A stretch of DNA of 64,000 nucleotides. It comes from Deltaproteobacteria bacterium. GTDB taxonomy: Bacteria > Myxococcota_A > UBA9160 > SZUA-336. The stretch's first letter is position 1. The number at the start of each line of letters is the position of its first letter. This document shows positions 23,516 to 31,879 of this stretch, piece after piece. The stretch lies in NCBI GenBank assembly GCA_016875225.1, contig VGRW01000005.1, positions 2,936 to 66,935 on the forward strand. Direction: 5' to 3'. The position numbers and the translations under genes are program-made. Below the pieces are notes generated by a model. It had not been told where the DNA came from, did no database searches, and saw nothing but the letters and a program-made list of their open reading frames with translations.

Positions 23516-26485
23516 CTAGGACTCCTGCGCCGCGCGGATCGCATCGACCGCGTCGGCCCTTCGTGGACGGATCGCGACCCGCGTGTCCTGCACCTGCGTG
23601 CCCGGCGCCCAGACGCCGAAGCGCCAGCGCAGCTGGCCCTCGCCGCCCGCGAAGTGGAGCGGGTTCATCAGCCCAGGCGTCACGAACTTGTAGCTCTCGT
23701 GCTTCGGAAACTGGTGCGGCTCCCAGGCGTGGAAGTAGTAGGCGACCCCCGGCCGGACCATCGACGAGTGCTTCACGCGCATGAACACCAGCCCGAAGCG
23801 GTTCTCGAGCTCGGCCCATTCGCCGTCGGCGATCCCGAGCCGCTCCGCGTCGCGCGGGTTCAGGTAGAGCGCCGGCTCGCCGCGCTGCAGTCGCAGAAGC
23901 ATGGGATCGTCGCGCCAGACGCTGTGGATGCTCCAGCGCGCGTGACACGAGATCAGCTGGAACGGCAGGTCCCCCCCCGCCTTCGGGCTCTCGATGTGGG
24001 ACGGGAGCGCCTCCCCGGCCTGCAGGAACCAGGGATGATCGACGTAGAACTGCTGTCGACCGGTGCGCGTGGGCCAGGGCCACTTCTCTTCGGTGAAGTG
24101 GGTGCAGGCGCGCAGCACGCCGTCGCCCTTCCAGGAGTCGTTCCAGAGCTGCGCCTGACCGCCCGGTCCGCCCGCGCCCTTGAACTTCTCGACGCCGGTG
24201 CGCTCGAGCCCCGCGACGGTCATGCCCTGGGTCGTGCCCGAGCTGTCGAGGATGTGCTGCATGACCTTGTCGGTGTCTTTGGGGCCGAACTCGCCATGGT
24301 ACGAGAAGCGATCACCGATCGTGGTGAGATCGACCTCGAGCTTCCCGCAGCCGGGCAACACCGGCGTTCCGCGCTCTCGCGCGACCCGCTGCACCTGCTG
24401 CGCCAGACGCCAGAAGATCTCCCACTCGTCCTTCGAGTCGCCGACCGGCGGCACCGCGGCGTCGCAGTAGTGGAGGTAGGGGATGTAAGCGACGGTGTAC
24501 TTGATGCCGCGCTTCTCGTAGTAGCCGGCGGCGGGCAGCAGGTAGTCGGCGTGCATTCCGGTGAACGTGAACTTGGGATTCACGTCGACCACCAGGTCCA
24601 GCGCGGGCCAGAGGTGCTCGAGCGAGCGCTGCGGAAGATTGGAGCGGCGAAGCACGTTGTTGCCGCCGGTCACCCAGGCGCGGGCCGCCTTGGTCGGGAA
24701 GCGCGGCATCCAGCCCTTCTCGCGCGCCTCGCGGTCGTAGTCGGTGAGCGGACGCGGATAGAGGTTCGCCTGCTCGCGGTCGAGATCTCCGGCGATTCCC
24801 TGGTAGCCGAGATTCAGGCTCGCGGCGTTTCCCACGCACGCCAGCTCCTCGGTCATCTCCGCGGCGAGGTCCCAGACGGCGAGCTGCGTGCTGATCCGAC
24901 CGCGCACGCGCTCGACCGCGAGGTCGAAGAGCGTGCTCATGTCGAGGTGCATGAAGAGCTCGAGCCGCCCGCGCATGCCGGTGTGCGACCCGATGCCGAG
25001 CCCGCCCGTCTCGATCCAGCCCGTGGAGTGGTAGCCCGAGCCCTTCCGTCCCACCGCGCCCTTCAGCGACAGGCAGAGGATCTTCGCGCGGTTCATCTGG
25101 TCGGAGTGGAAGAAGCGGTTCGAGCCCCAGCTCGACAGCACCATCGGCCGCTTCGCGCGCGCGAAGCCCTCGGCGAACTTCTCGATCTGCTCGGGGGCGA
25201 GTCCGGTCACTTCTGCGCTGGCCTCGAAGCTCCACGGCTCGAGGTGCTCGCGGAGCAGAGAGCCGACGGGAACGACCACGGTCTCGCTGCCATCGCGAAG
25301 CTTCACGCTGAAGCGGCCCTCGATCGGCGGAGCGAGCGCGCCGCCGCCGAGCCGCGGCTGATCCGTGTTGGTCGGAGCGCCCGGGGCGGCGACCGGAGCG
25401 CCCGCCTTCGCGTCCCAGACGTACACCAGCTCGCGTCGCCCGGCCTCGAGCAGATCCGCCTCGTTCAGGAAGCGGCCGGTGTCCAGTCGCACCAGGATCG
25501 GCAGGTCGGTCTGCTCGCGGACGTAGTCCAGATCGATGCGGCCGGTGTTCCAGATGTGCCGCGCGGTCGCCAGCGCCAGGGCCGCGTCGGCCCCGGGCCG
25601 GATCGGAATCCATTGATCCGCGTGCACGGCGGTGGCGCTGTACTGCGGATCGATCACCACCAGCTCGGCGCCGTTGTACTTCGCCTCGAACAGGAAGTGA
25701 GCGTCGGGGATCTGAGTCACGGCCGGGTTCATCATCCAGACGACGAGATAGTCGGAGAGGAACCACTCGTCGGAGCTTCCGCCGACGTGGGGAAAGCCGA
25801 ACGTGATCGTAGCGCCGTGGTTCAGATCGCCGATCTCCGCCCAGTCGTCGGAGAGCGTGGCTCCGGCCAGGCCGAAGAAGCGCACCCGCCCGGCGGTGGT
25901 CGGGCCCTGGTCGAAGTGGGGGCCGAGATCGTGGATGATGCTGTCGGTGCCGTCCTTCTCGGCGATCGTCACCAGCTTCTCCGCGATCTCGCGCAGCGCG
26001 TCGTCCCAGGAGATCTGCTGCCACTGACCGCCGCCGCGCGGGCCTACGCGCTTCAGCGGAACGGTGAGTCGGCTCGGGCCGTACATGACCTCGGTGTAGC
26101 AGGCGCCCTTCTGACAGCCGCGCGGATTGAAATCGGGAACACCGGGCTCCGAGGCGGTGTAGCTCGCGGTCTGCTCCTCGCGGACGACGATCCCGTCCTT
26201 CACGTACAGGTCGAAGTTGCACGCGCTGCGGCAGTTCAGCCAGCCGTGCGTTCCCTTCGCGACGTGGTCCCAGCTCCAGCGCTGCCGGTAGAGATCCTGC
26301 CAGCTGCCGAGCTTGGTCGGATCGCGCGCGACGCTTCCCGCCGGGAGCTCGGCCGCGATCGCCTCTTCGCGGAGATGCAGGAGCGGAAGTCCGCCCACCG
26401 CGGTCGCGGCCGCCGCCATGCCGGAGAGCTTCAGGAAGCGGCGTCGGTCGAGCCACGTGAAGCGCGAGCCACTGGCGACGGTCAT
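23516..26485 (-). CDS. molybdopterin (Mo-bisPGD) oxidoreductase alpha subunit, type II DMSO reductase family, Tat-exported
   Basis: 989 aa. Twin-arginine signal LDRRRFLKLSGMAAAATAVGG. N-terminal FS0-type motif HGWLNCRSACNFDLYVKDGIVVREEQ (H-x-C-x3-C as in NarG/EbdA). Ends 3 nt before beta. Confidence 0.92.
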   Translation of the reverse strand: MTVASGSRFTWLDRRRFLKLSGMAAAATAVGGLPLLHLREEAIAAELPAGSVARDPTKLGSWQDLYRQRWSWDHVAKGTHGWLNCRSACNFDLYVKDGIVVREEQTASYTASEPGVPDFNPRGCQKGACYTEVMYGPSRLTVPLKRVGPRGGGQWQQISWDDALREIAEKLVTIAEKDGTDSIIHDLGPHFDQGPTTAGRVRFFGLAGATLSDDWAEIGDLNHGATITFGFPHVGGSSDEWFLSDYLVVWMMNPAVTQIPDAHFLFEAKYNGAELVVIDPQYSATAVHADQWIPIRPGADAALALATARHIWNTGRIDLDYVREQTDLPILVRLDTGRFLNEADLLEAGRRELVYVWDAKAGAPVAAPGAPTNTDQPRLGGGALAPPIEGRFSVKLRDGSETVVVPVGSLLREHLEPWSFEASAEVTGLAPEQIEKFAEGFARAKRPMVLSSWGSNRFFHSDQMNRAKILCLSLKGAVGRKGSGYHSTGWIETGGLGIGSHTGMRGRLELFMHLDMSTLFDLAVERVRGRISTQLAVWDLAAEMTEELACVGNAASLNLGYQGIAGDLDREQANLYPRPLTDYDREAREKGWMPRFPTKAARAWVTGGNNVLRRSNLPQRSLEHLWPALDLVVDVNPKFTFTGMHADYLLPAAGYYEKRGIKYTVAYIPYLHYCDAAVPPVGDSKDEWEIFWRLAQQVQRVARERGTPVLPGCGKLEVDLTTIGDRFSYHGEFGPKDTDKVMQHILDSSGTTQGMTVAGLERTGVEKFKGAGGPGGQAQLWNDSWKGDGVLRACTHFTEEKWPWPTRTGRQQFYVDHPWFLQAGEALPSHIESPKAGGDLPFQLISCHARWSIHSVWRDDPMLLRLQRGEPALYLNPRDAERLGIADGEWAELENRFGLVFMRVKHSSMVRPGVAYYFHAWEPHQFPKHESYKFVTPGLMNPLHFAGGEGQLRWRFGVWAPGTQVQDTRVAIRPRRADAVDAIRAAQES

Positions 26486-26579
26486 GTTCGCTTCTCCCGC
26501 CGCATCGAGGTGCGGATCTTCTTCGCGGATTCTGAACGACCCGCTCGCTCGGGTCGAGCGCGCGAGCGACGCCGCAGAC

Positions 26580-27224
26580 TCAGACGCCCTTCGTCTCCGC
26601 GCCCCAGACGTACTTGTGGACCTGCAGATTGAGCCGCACCCAGAGTCCGTCCTCCTGGATCCAGCCGGCGAGGTCCCGAGGATCGAGCACGCCGTGCACC
26701 GGCGAGAGGTTGACCGGCACGCGATTCTCCAGCCGATGGGCGCGGATCAGCTGCACCGCCCAGTCGTAGTCCGCGCGATCCCGGAGCACGAACTTCAGCT
26801 CGTCACCGGCGCGAAGTCGAGTGAGATTCCCGAGATCGTTTCGCGCGACCATCCCGCTGCCGGGCGTCTTCACATCGACGATCGCGTGCGCGCGGGGGTC
26901 GAGCACCGAGATGTCGTGGTGTCCGCCGGTCTCGATCAGCACCGTGTAGCCCGCGTCGCAGAGCTGCCGGACCAGCTCCGGCACGGCCTTCTGCAGCAGC
27001 GGCTCCCCGCCGGTGAGCTCGACCATTCTCGTCCCGAGCCCCGCCACGCGCGCCAGCACGACGTCGATCTCGAGCAGGTCTCCGCCGCTGAACGCCTGCG
27101 GCTCGTCGCAGTAGCTGCAGCGGATGTCGCAGCCCGACGTGCGCACGAAGACGCACGGCCAGCCCTCGCGGGTCGATTCGCCCTGGATCGAGCGGTAGAT
27201 CTCCTTGACGCGAAGCGCCGGCAC
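26580..27224 (-). CDS. queE: 7-carboxy-7-deazaguanine synthase QueE (radical SAM)
   Basis: VPALRVKEIYRSIQGESTREGWPCVFVRTSGCDIRCSYCD (QueE N-terminus with the CxxxCxxC cluster), C-terminal LQVHKYVWGAETKGV. GTG start at 27224 sits 5 nt after the upstream gene stop. Confidence 0.88.
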   Translation of the reverse strand: MPALRVKEIYRSIQGESTREGWPCVFVRTSGCDIRCSYCDEPQAFSGGDLLEIDVVLARVAGLGTRMVELTGGEPLLQKAVPELVRQLCDAGYTVLIETGGHHDISVLDPRAHAIVDVKTPGSGMVARNDLGNLTRLRAGDELKFVLRDRADYDWAVQLIRAHRLENRVPVNLSPVHGVLDPRDLAGWIQEDGLWVRLNLQVHKYVWGAETKGV

Positions 27225-27229
27225 GGAGC

Positions 27230-29905
27230 CTAGCCGTAGAGAACGGAGCGATGGCGCACGATCTCGCCGATCAGCGTCTCGAATCGCTCCGGGTGCTCCG
27301 GCAGGCCGTCGATCCGCGCGCGGCCGATCCGATCGCCCCCGCTCTTCGGAATCACCCAGGGCTGGTGCTGGCCGACGGCGTCGATCAGGCCCGAGACGTT
27401 CAGCGGCCGTTTCTCGTCGTTGCAGGACAGCACCACGAGGTCGTCGCCCTCGACCGTCGCGAGCGACAGCCGCGCGCCGGTGCGCAGGCGCAGCCGGCGG
27501 CCGATCTCGCCCGGATCGAGGTGGGACGGCACGCGCGCCACCGCGAGCTGGTACTCGCCGAAGTGCACCATTCGCGGGTCGTTCTCCGCGACCCAGTCCG
27601 TCTCGGCGCGATAGACGTCCGGAGCCGAGGGCAGGTCGGTCGGCTTGCCGTTCAGCACGGCGACGATCTCGGCACGGTGCTCGCCGGGAGTCTCGGCCAG
27701 GCGCTTGATCAGCGCGATCACTCGGTTGCCCCATTTCTGCATGTCGGTCTCGGAGAGCCGGCGCGCGGAGAGGTCGACCAGCTTGTCGGTGAAGCGGCTG
27801 CGCCGCTCGGTCACCTCGCAGACCGCCCCCAGCGGGCTCGTCGCGTTCTCCTCGATCACGATCGAGTCGCGGCCGAGCACCGCTCGCAGGCGCACCAGAT
27901 CCTCGATCGCCCACTCGTGGTGGTCGAACCACTGCAGCCGTCCGCGGAACAGCTCCGCGGTGTCGAGGACCTCCTTCGGACGCGGCTGCGCGCTGTAGCC
28001 GACGACCAGCACGTCGACGTTGTCTGCGATGTCCGTCGCCGGTCCCTTGAAGAAGTCCATCAGGCCTTCTTGCGGCGCGACCCGGAACGACACGATCGTG
28101 CGTCGGTCGCGCGCCAGGACGAGCGCGGCCAGGATCGAGTCCGGGTCGTCGCGCACGAGGATTGCGGCGCGCTGTCGGCGCGCACGCGGCGGAGACACCT
28201 CGACCGGCTCCGCGGCCGGACCGGTCTCCGATTCTTCCTCACCCTGCGCGAGGGTCGCCTCCATGTCGCTCGAGAGCGCCTCGTCGGGAGCCGGCGCCTC
28301 GCCCGGCTCGAGCTCCTCGCCGCCGAATGCCCGCGCTTCGCCGTCGCTGCCAGCCTCGCGCGACTCCAGCGCCTCGGAGTCGGCTTCCGCCCGCTCTCCG
28401 GACACGATCCGCGCGCCTCTTCGGCCGCCTCGGCGTCTTCGGCCGCGCCGTCCGCGCCGAGGCTCCAAACCGTCCGATTCCTCCCCGGCCGCGCGAGTCT
28501 CTGCATCGGCCTCGGGCTCGAGCTCGGCCTCGAACGGCGCGCGGGAATCGAGCTCTCCTTCCGCGGCCGGCTCGGCTTCGGTCGATTCGCCGCGCAGCTC
28601 CGCCGCGCGGCGCGCCTCGCGACGGGCATTGCGCTCTTCCTCCGCGCTGGCCGCGTCGTACACGCGCGCCGACGACTCGGCTGTCCCTCGATCGCCGCCG
28701 CGGCCGCGGCGTCGCCCCCGCCGCCGACCGCCCCGACGCTCGGATCGACCGACGTCCTCACGCAGATCCTCGGAATCGAGCGCTGTCTCGGCCTCCGGCA
28801 GCGTCTCGCTCGCATAGGCGCGCATCGGCTCGGTCGGAAGGCGGCGCTCCCCGATCGGACCCGCGACGGCCTCGAGGATCTCGCGCGCCTCGTCCGAGAT
28901 CGAGTCGCTCGAGACGAAGATTCGCGGATCCCCGACCGCGCCCGGGCTCCAGACCTCGCGCTCGAGGTCGAGCAGATGCCAGCCAGCGATCAACCCCGGG
29001 ACGTCCGCTACGTCGAGGCTCGGCCGGATGGCACCGACGACGGGCCGGCCCGCGATGTCGATGCCCACCCAATCGATCGCGTCGCTGCCCTCCTCGTTCC
29101 ACGGCAGCCAGCGCGCCGTGACTCCCGCGTGCGCCTCGTCCGCGCAGCTCTCGACCAGCGCATCGCGCCGCGCTGCGGCGCCCTCGAGCAGGCTCGGGTC
29201 GTCCGCGAGTCGCACGACCCATTCATATAGATCCGCTCCGATCCGGGCGAAGCTCGCGTCGTTCGCGCGAATCGTTCGCCGCTCGGGAAGCGCGACGGAG
29301 ATCACGACCTCATCGCCTTCGACGCTGACCCGGGCAGCCCGCTCGCCGCGCACGTAGAAGAGATGATCCGGGCCGGCCGGGCGCACGCCGGCGGCGCCCG
29401 AGACGGCGGCCGCCCCCTCCAATACCCGCAACACCCGCGCCAGCACACTCGTGCTGCCGCCGATCAGTGACGGCCTGGCCGGAGCCGGGTGGCTCTCGAG
29501 CTGACAGGCACCACCGTCCTCGGCGAGCGCGGGCAGCGTCAGCAGATGCACCGACGGACCGCGCTCCGCCGCCCGCGACGCGGCGCGACGGGTGCGCTCG
29601 GAGAACTCCGGCGCCGCGATCAGGACCTCGGCGAGGCTGCGCCCTGCGCCCGCGCGCCGCGCGGCGATCCGCGCCCAGCCGAGCAGGTCGAGACCCTCCC
29701 GGCGGCTCGCCAGCAGCGCGATCGGGCGGCTGCCCTGCCAGCGGGCTGCACCGGCCTCGAGATGCTCGGGAAGCTCGTCGAAGTTCTCGAGCTCGCGAAC
29801 CTCGCGCAGATCGACACCGTGCAGATTGCGAAGCCGATCGAGCAGACTGCCGTTGTTGCTGCTCCGACCGAACCAGCGACCGGCTCCCCAGCCTCGCTTC
29901 CTCAA
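27230..29905 (-). CDS. large hypothetical protein: folded N-terminal region, ~250-aa Arg/Gly- and Glu/Asp-rich low-complexity linker, C-terminal DHH/DHHA1-like phosphoesterase motifs
   Basis: 891-aa ORF with high GC3, whereas the antisense ORFs are His/Arg/Asp junk. The central stretch SERRGGRRRGRRRGRGGDRG...EPRRGRRGRRRRGGRRGARIV is interleaved with acidic runs. The C-terminus has DDPDSILAALVLA (motif I-like), VDVLVVGYSA, WFDHHEW (DHH), KSGGDRIG (GGGH-like). Confidence 0.7.
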   Translation of the reverse strand: MRKRGWGAGRWFGRSSNNGSLLDRLRNLHGVDLREVRELENFDELPEHLEAGAARWQGSRPIALLASRREGLDLLGWARIAARRAGAGRSLAEVLIAAPEFSERTRRAASRAAERGPSVHLLTLPALAEDGGACQLESHPAPARPSLIGGSTSVLARVLRVLEGAAAVSGAAGVRPAGPDHLFYVRGERAARVSVEGDEVVISVALPERRTIRANDASFARIGADLYEWVVRLADDPSLLEGAAARRDALVESCADEAHAGVTARWLPWNEEGSDAIDWVGIDIAGRPVVGAIRPSLDVADVPGLIAGWHLLDLEREVWSPGAVGDPRIFVSSDSISDEAREILEAVAGPIGERRLPTEPMRAYASETLPEAETALDSEDLREDVGRSERRGGRRRGRRRGRGGDRGTAESSARVYDAASAEEERNARREARRAAELRGESTEAEPAAEGELDSRAPFEAELEPEADAETRAAGEESDGLEPRRGRRGRRRRGGRRGARIVSGERAEADSEALESREAGSDGEARAFGGEELEPGEAPAPDEALSSDMEATLAQGEEESETGPAAEPVEVSPPRARRQRAAILVRDDPDSILAALVLARDRRTIVSFRVAPQEGLMDFFKGPATDIADNVDVLVVGYSAQPRPKEVLDTAELFRGRLQWFDHHEWAIEDLVRLRAVLGRDSIVIEENATSPLGAVCEVTERRSRFTDKLVDLSARRLSETDMQKWGNRVIALIKRLAETPGEHRAEIVAVLNGKPTDLPSAPDVYRAETDWVAENDPRMVHFGEYQLAVARVPSHLDPGEIGRRLRLRTGARLSLATVEGDDLVVLSCNDEKRPLNVSGLIDAVGQHQPWVIPKSGGDRIGRARIDGLPEHPERFETLIGEIVRHRSVLYG

Positions 29906-29986
29906 ACTGTGTCCTCCCGCATAGCGGCGCCAACTCTATCCGCCACGACGACCGCCGCCAGGGCGCCGTCCATGGCGCGAGCGCGT

Positions 29987-31084
29987 CTAGACGTGGGTGT
30001 GTGGGTCGAAGAGCCGATCGTGCTCGTCCATCGCGAAGCGGTCCGTCATCCCGGCCACGTAATCCACGATCGCGCGCTCCTCCGGCTCGCCTCGCGCGCG
30101 GTCGAGCACGTGCGGCGGCAGCTGGCGGGGGTCCGCCGCGTACGCGCGCCACAGGTCCCCCAGGATCCGCTCGGCCTTCGCTGCCATTCGCACCACTCGG
30201 TGGTTCCGGTAGAAGTTCTCGAGCAGGTAGCGCGCGAGCTCGCGCTTCTCGGCGGCGATCTCGCGCGAGAGTCCGATCAGCGGCTCGGCTGCGGCGCAGG
30301 CCTCCGCCGAGGATCTCGGCGCCGCTCGCTCGATCCGCTCGGCGCTGGACTCGATCAGATCGCTCACCAGCAGGTCGATCAGGATCACCGTGACCCGGGG
30401 GCGGAGCGTCCGCTCCGCGGCGTCGTCTTCGTCGCGGAGCAGCCGGCTCGCCCGGCGGAACAGCGCGAGCCCCGCGAGCCCGTCCCAGTCCAGCAGATCC
30501 GCGCGAAGACCGTCGTCGAGGTCGTGGGTGTGATAGGCGATCTCGTCGCAGACGTTCGCGATCTGCGCCTCCACGGTCGGCCCGACTCCCAGGTCCGGCA
30601 GCGGCACGGGGTGCGCGTAGCGGGGGAAATTCGAGCCGTGCTTCAGGATGCCCGCGCGCGTCTCGGCGGTGAGATTCAGCCCCGGGTAGCGCTCCGAGCG
30701 GTCCTCGAGCCAGTCGACGACGCGCAAGCTCTGGCGGTTGTGCTCGAAGCCGCCGTGCCCCTTCAACAGGTCGTGGAGCACCCGCTCACCCGCATGGCCG
30801 AAGGGCGGATGACCGAGGTCGTGCGCGAGCACGATCGCCTCGACGAGGTCCTCGTTGGCTCCGAGCGCTCGCGCGACCGTGCGCGCGATCTGCGCGACCT
30901 CGAGGGTGTGTGTGAGGCGGTTCCGGAAGTGATCGCCCTCGTGGTACGGGAAGACCTGCGTCTTGTACTGAAGCCGACGGAACGCCCGCGCGTGAAGGAC
31001 GCGATCGCGGTCGCGCTGGAAGACGGTGCGATACGGGTGCTCCGGCTCGGGCTCGATCCGGCCGCGCGAGTCGCGCGCGCGCAC
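29987..31084 (-). CDS. dgt: dGTP triphosphohydrolase-like HD-domain protein
   Basis: RTVFQRDRDRVLHARAFRRLQYKTQVF, HTLEVAQIART, HDLGHPPFGHAGE, D...D of the HD domain. 365 aa. Confidence 0.9.
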   Translation of the reverse strand: MRARDSRGRIEPEPEHPYRTVFQRDRDRVLHARAFRRLQYKTQVFPYHEGDHFRNRLTHTLEVAQIARTVARALGANEDLVEAIVLAHDLGHPPFGHAGERVLHDLLKGHGGFEHNRQSLRVVDWLEDRSERYPGLNLTAETRAGILKHGSNFPRYAHPVPLPDLGVGPTVEAQIANVCDEIAYHTHDLDDGLRADLLDWDGLAGLALFRRASRLLRDEDDAAERTLRPRVTVILIDLLVSDLIESSAERIERAAPRSSAEACAAAEPLIGLSREIAAEKRELARYLLENFYRNHRVVRMAAKAERILGDLWRAYAADPRQLPPHVLDRARGEPEERAIVDYVAGMTDRFAMDEHDRLFDPHTHV

Positions 31085-31146
31085 CGCATACGGAGCGAGG
31101 CTCTCGTTTTCCCGAGCCTCGATCGCGCTCCTGGTCCGCGGAATCG

Positions 31147-31446
31147 CTATGGCGCCCTCGTCTTCTCCTCGACCAATCGATCGAGCTTTGCGCGCTCCGC
31201 CGCGCTGAACTGCTCCGCGGCGCGCTCCGGAGGCGCCGTCGACACTGGAGGCGGCTCGGAGCCGACACCGGCGACGCGTTCGGCGGCCTTGCCGCCGAGT
31301 GTGCGCGCCGTCGCCTGCACGCCCTTCACGAGCTCCGCCGCCGTGCGAACGCGCAGGCTGAGCGTGCGCGTGTTCGCTTCCCAGCGCGTCTCGACGAGAA
31401 GGAAGGCCGCTCCCAGCAGGACGAGCAGGAACAGGAGGCGGAACAC
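31147..31446 (-). CDS. small membrane-anchored hypothetical protein
   Basis: 99 aa with N-terminal TM helix MFRLLFLLVLLGAAFLLV, between HIT and dgt. Confidence 0.5.
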   Translation of the reverse strand: MFRLLFLLVLLGAAFLLVETRWEANTRTLSLRVRTAAELVKGVQATARTLGGKAAERVAGVGSEPPPVSTAPPERAAEQFSAAERAKLDRLVEEKTRAP

Positions 31447-31493
31447 TCGAATCGACCTCGCGGCGTACGCGCCGAGGCCAGTCTAGGTCAGGG

Positions 31494-31844
31494 CTATCCG
31501 GGCGGCCAGCCGAACGTGCGCCCGCCGAGCAGGTGCAGATGAAGGTGATACACGGTCTGTCCGGCCGCGCCGCCCGTGTTCATGACGAGCCGGTAGCCCG
31601 CATCGGCGAAGCCGAGCTCGCGAGCCAGGCCCGTCGCGGTCTGCACCAGTTCACCGACGAGGGCGTGATCATCCGCACCGATCTCGAGGGTGCTCGCGAT
31701 GTGCTTGCGCGGAATCAGCTGCACGTGCGCCGGCGCCTGCGGGTGGATGTCCTCGAAGGCCACGATGCGCTCGCTCTCGAAGACGATTCGCGCCGGCAGC
31801 TCCCGGGCGGCGATCCGGCAGAACAGACAGTCTCGCTTCATCAC
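31494..31844 (-). CDS. HIT-family (histidine triad) nucleotide hydrolase
   Basis: CLFCRI...HIHPQAPAHVQLIPRKHI...GQTVYHLHLHLLGG (HxHxHxx motif). Confidence 0.9.
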   Translation of the reverse strand: MMKRDCLFCRIAARELPARIVFESERIVAFEDIHPQAPAHVQLIPRKHIASTLEIGADDHALVGELVQTATGLARELGFADAGYRLVMNTGGAAGQTVYHLHLHLLGGRTFGWPPG

Positions 31845-31879
31845 GCCCTCGCTGGAGTGCGCGCGAGTATACTCGCCCC

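Noticed and set aside
21937-23544. 535-aa minus-strand ORF overlapping the whole beta-subunit gene
   Set aside because: Only its last 182 codons (21937..22485) look protein-like. Upstream it runs out of frame through the well-supported Fe-S beta gene, so the long form is an artefact and the ATG at 22485 is used.
23654-26632. 992-aa plus-strand ORF
   Set aside because: Antisense to the molybdoenzyme alpha subunit, with junk composition (R, D, H, V, L runs).
27251-31486. Two long plus-strand ORFs (659 aa and 665 aa)
   Set aside because: Antisense to the 891-aa gene and dgt. Their translations are dominated by R/H/D/V/L with no motifs, whereas the minus-strand frames contain HD-domain and DHH motifs and high GC3.
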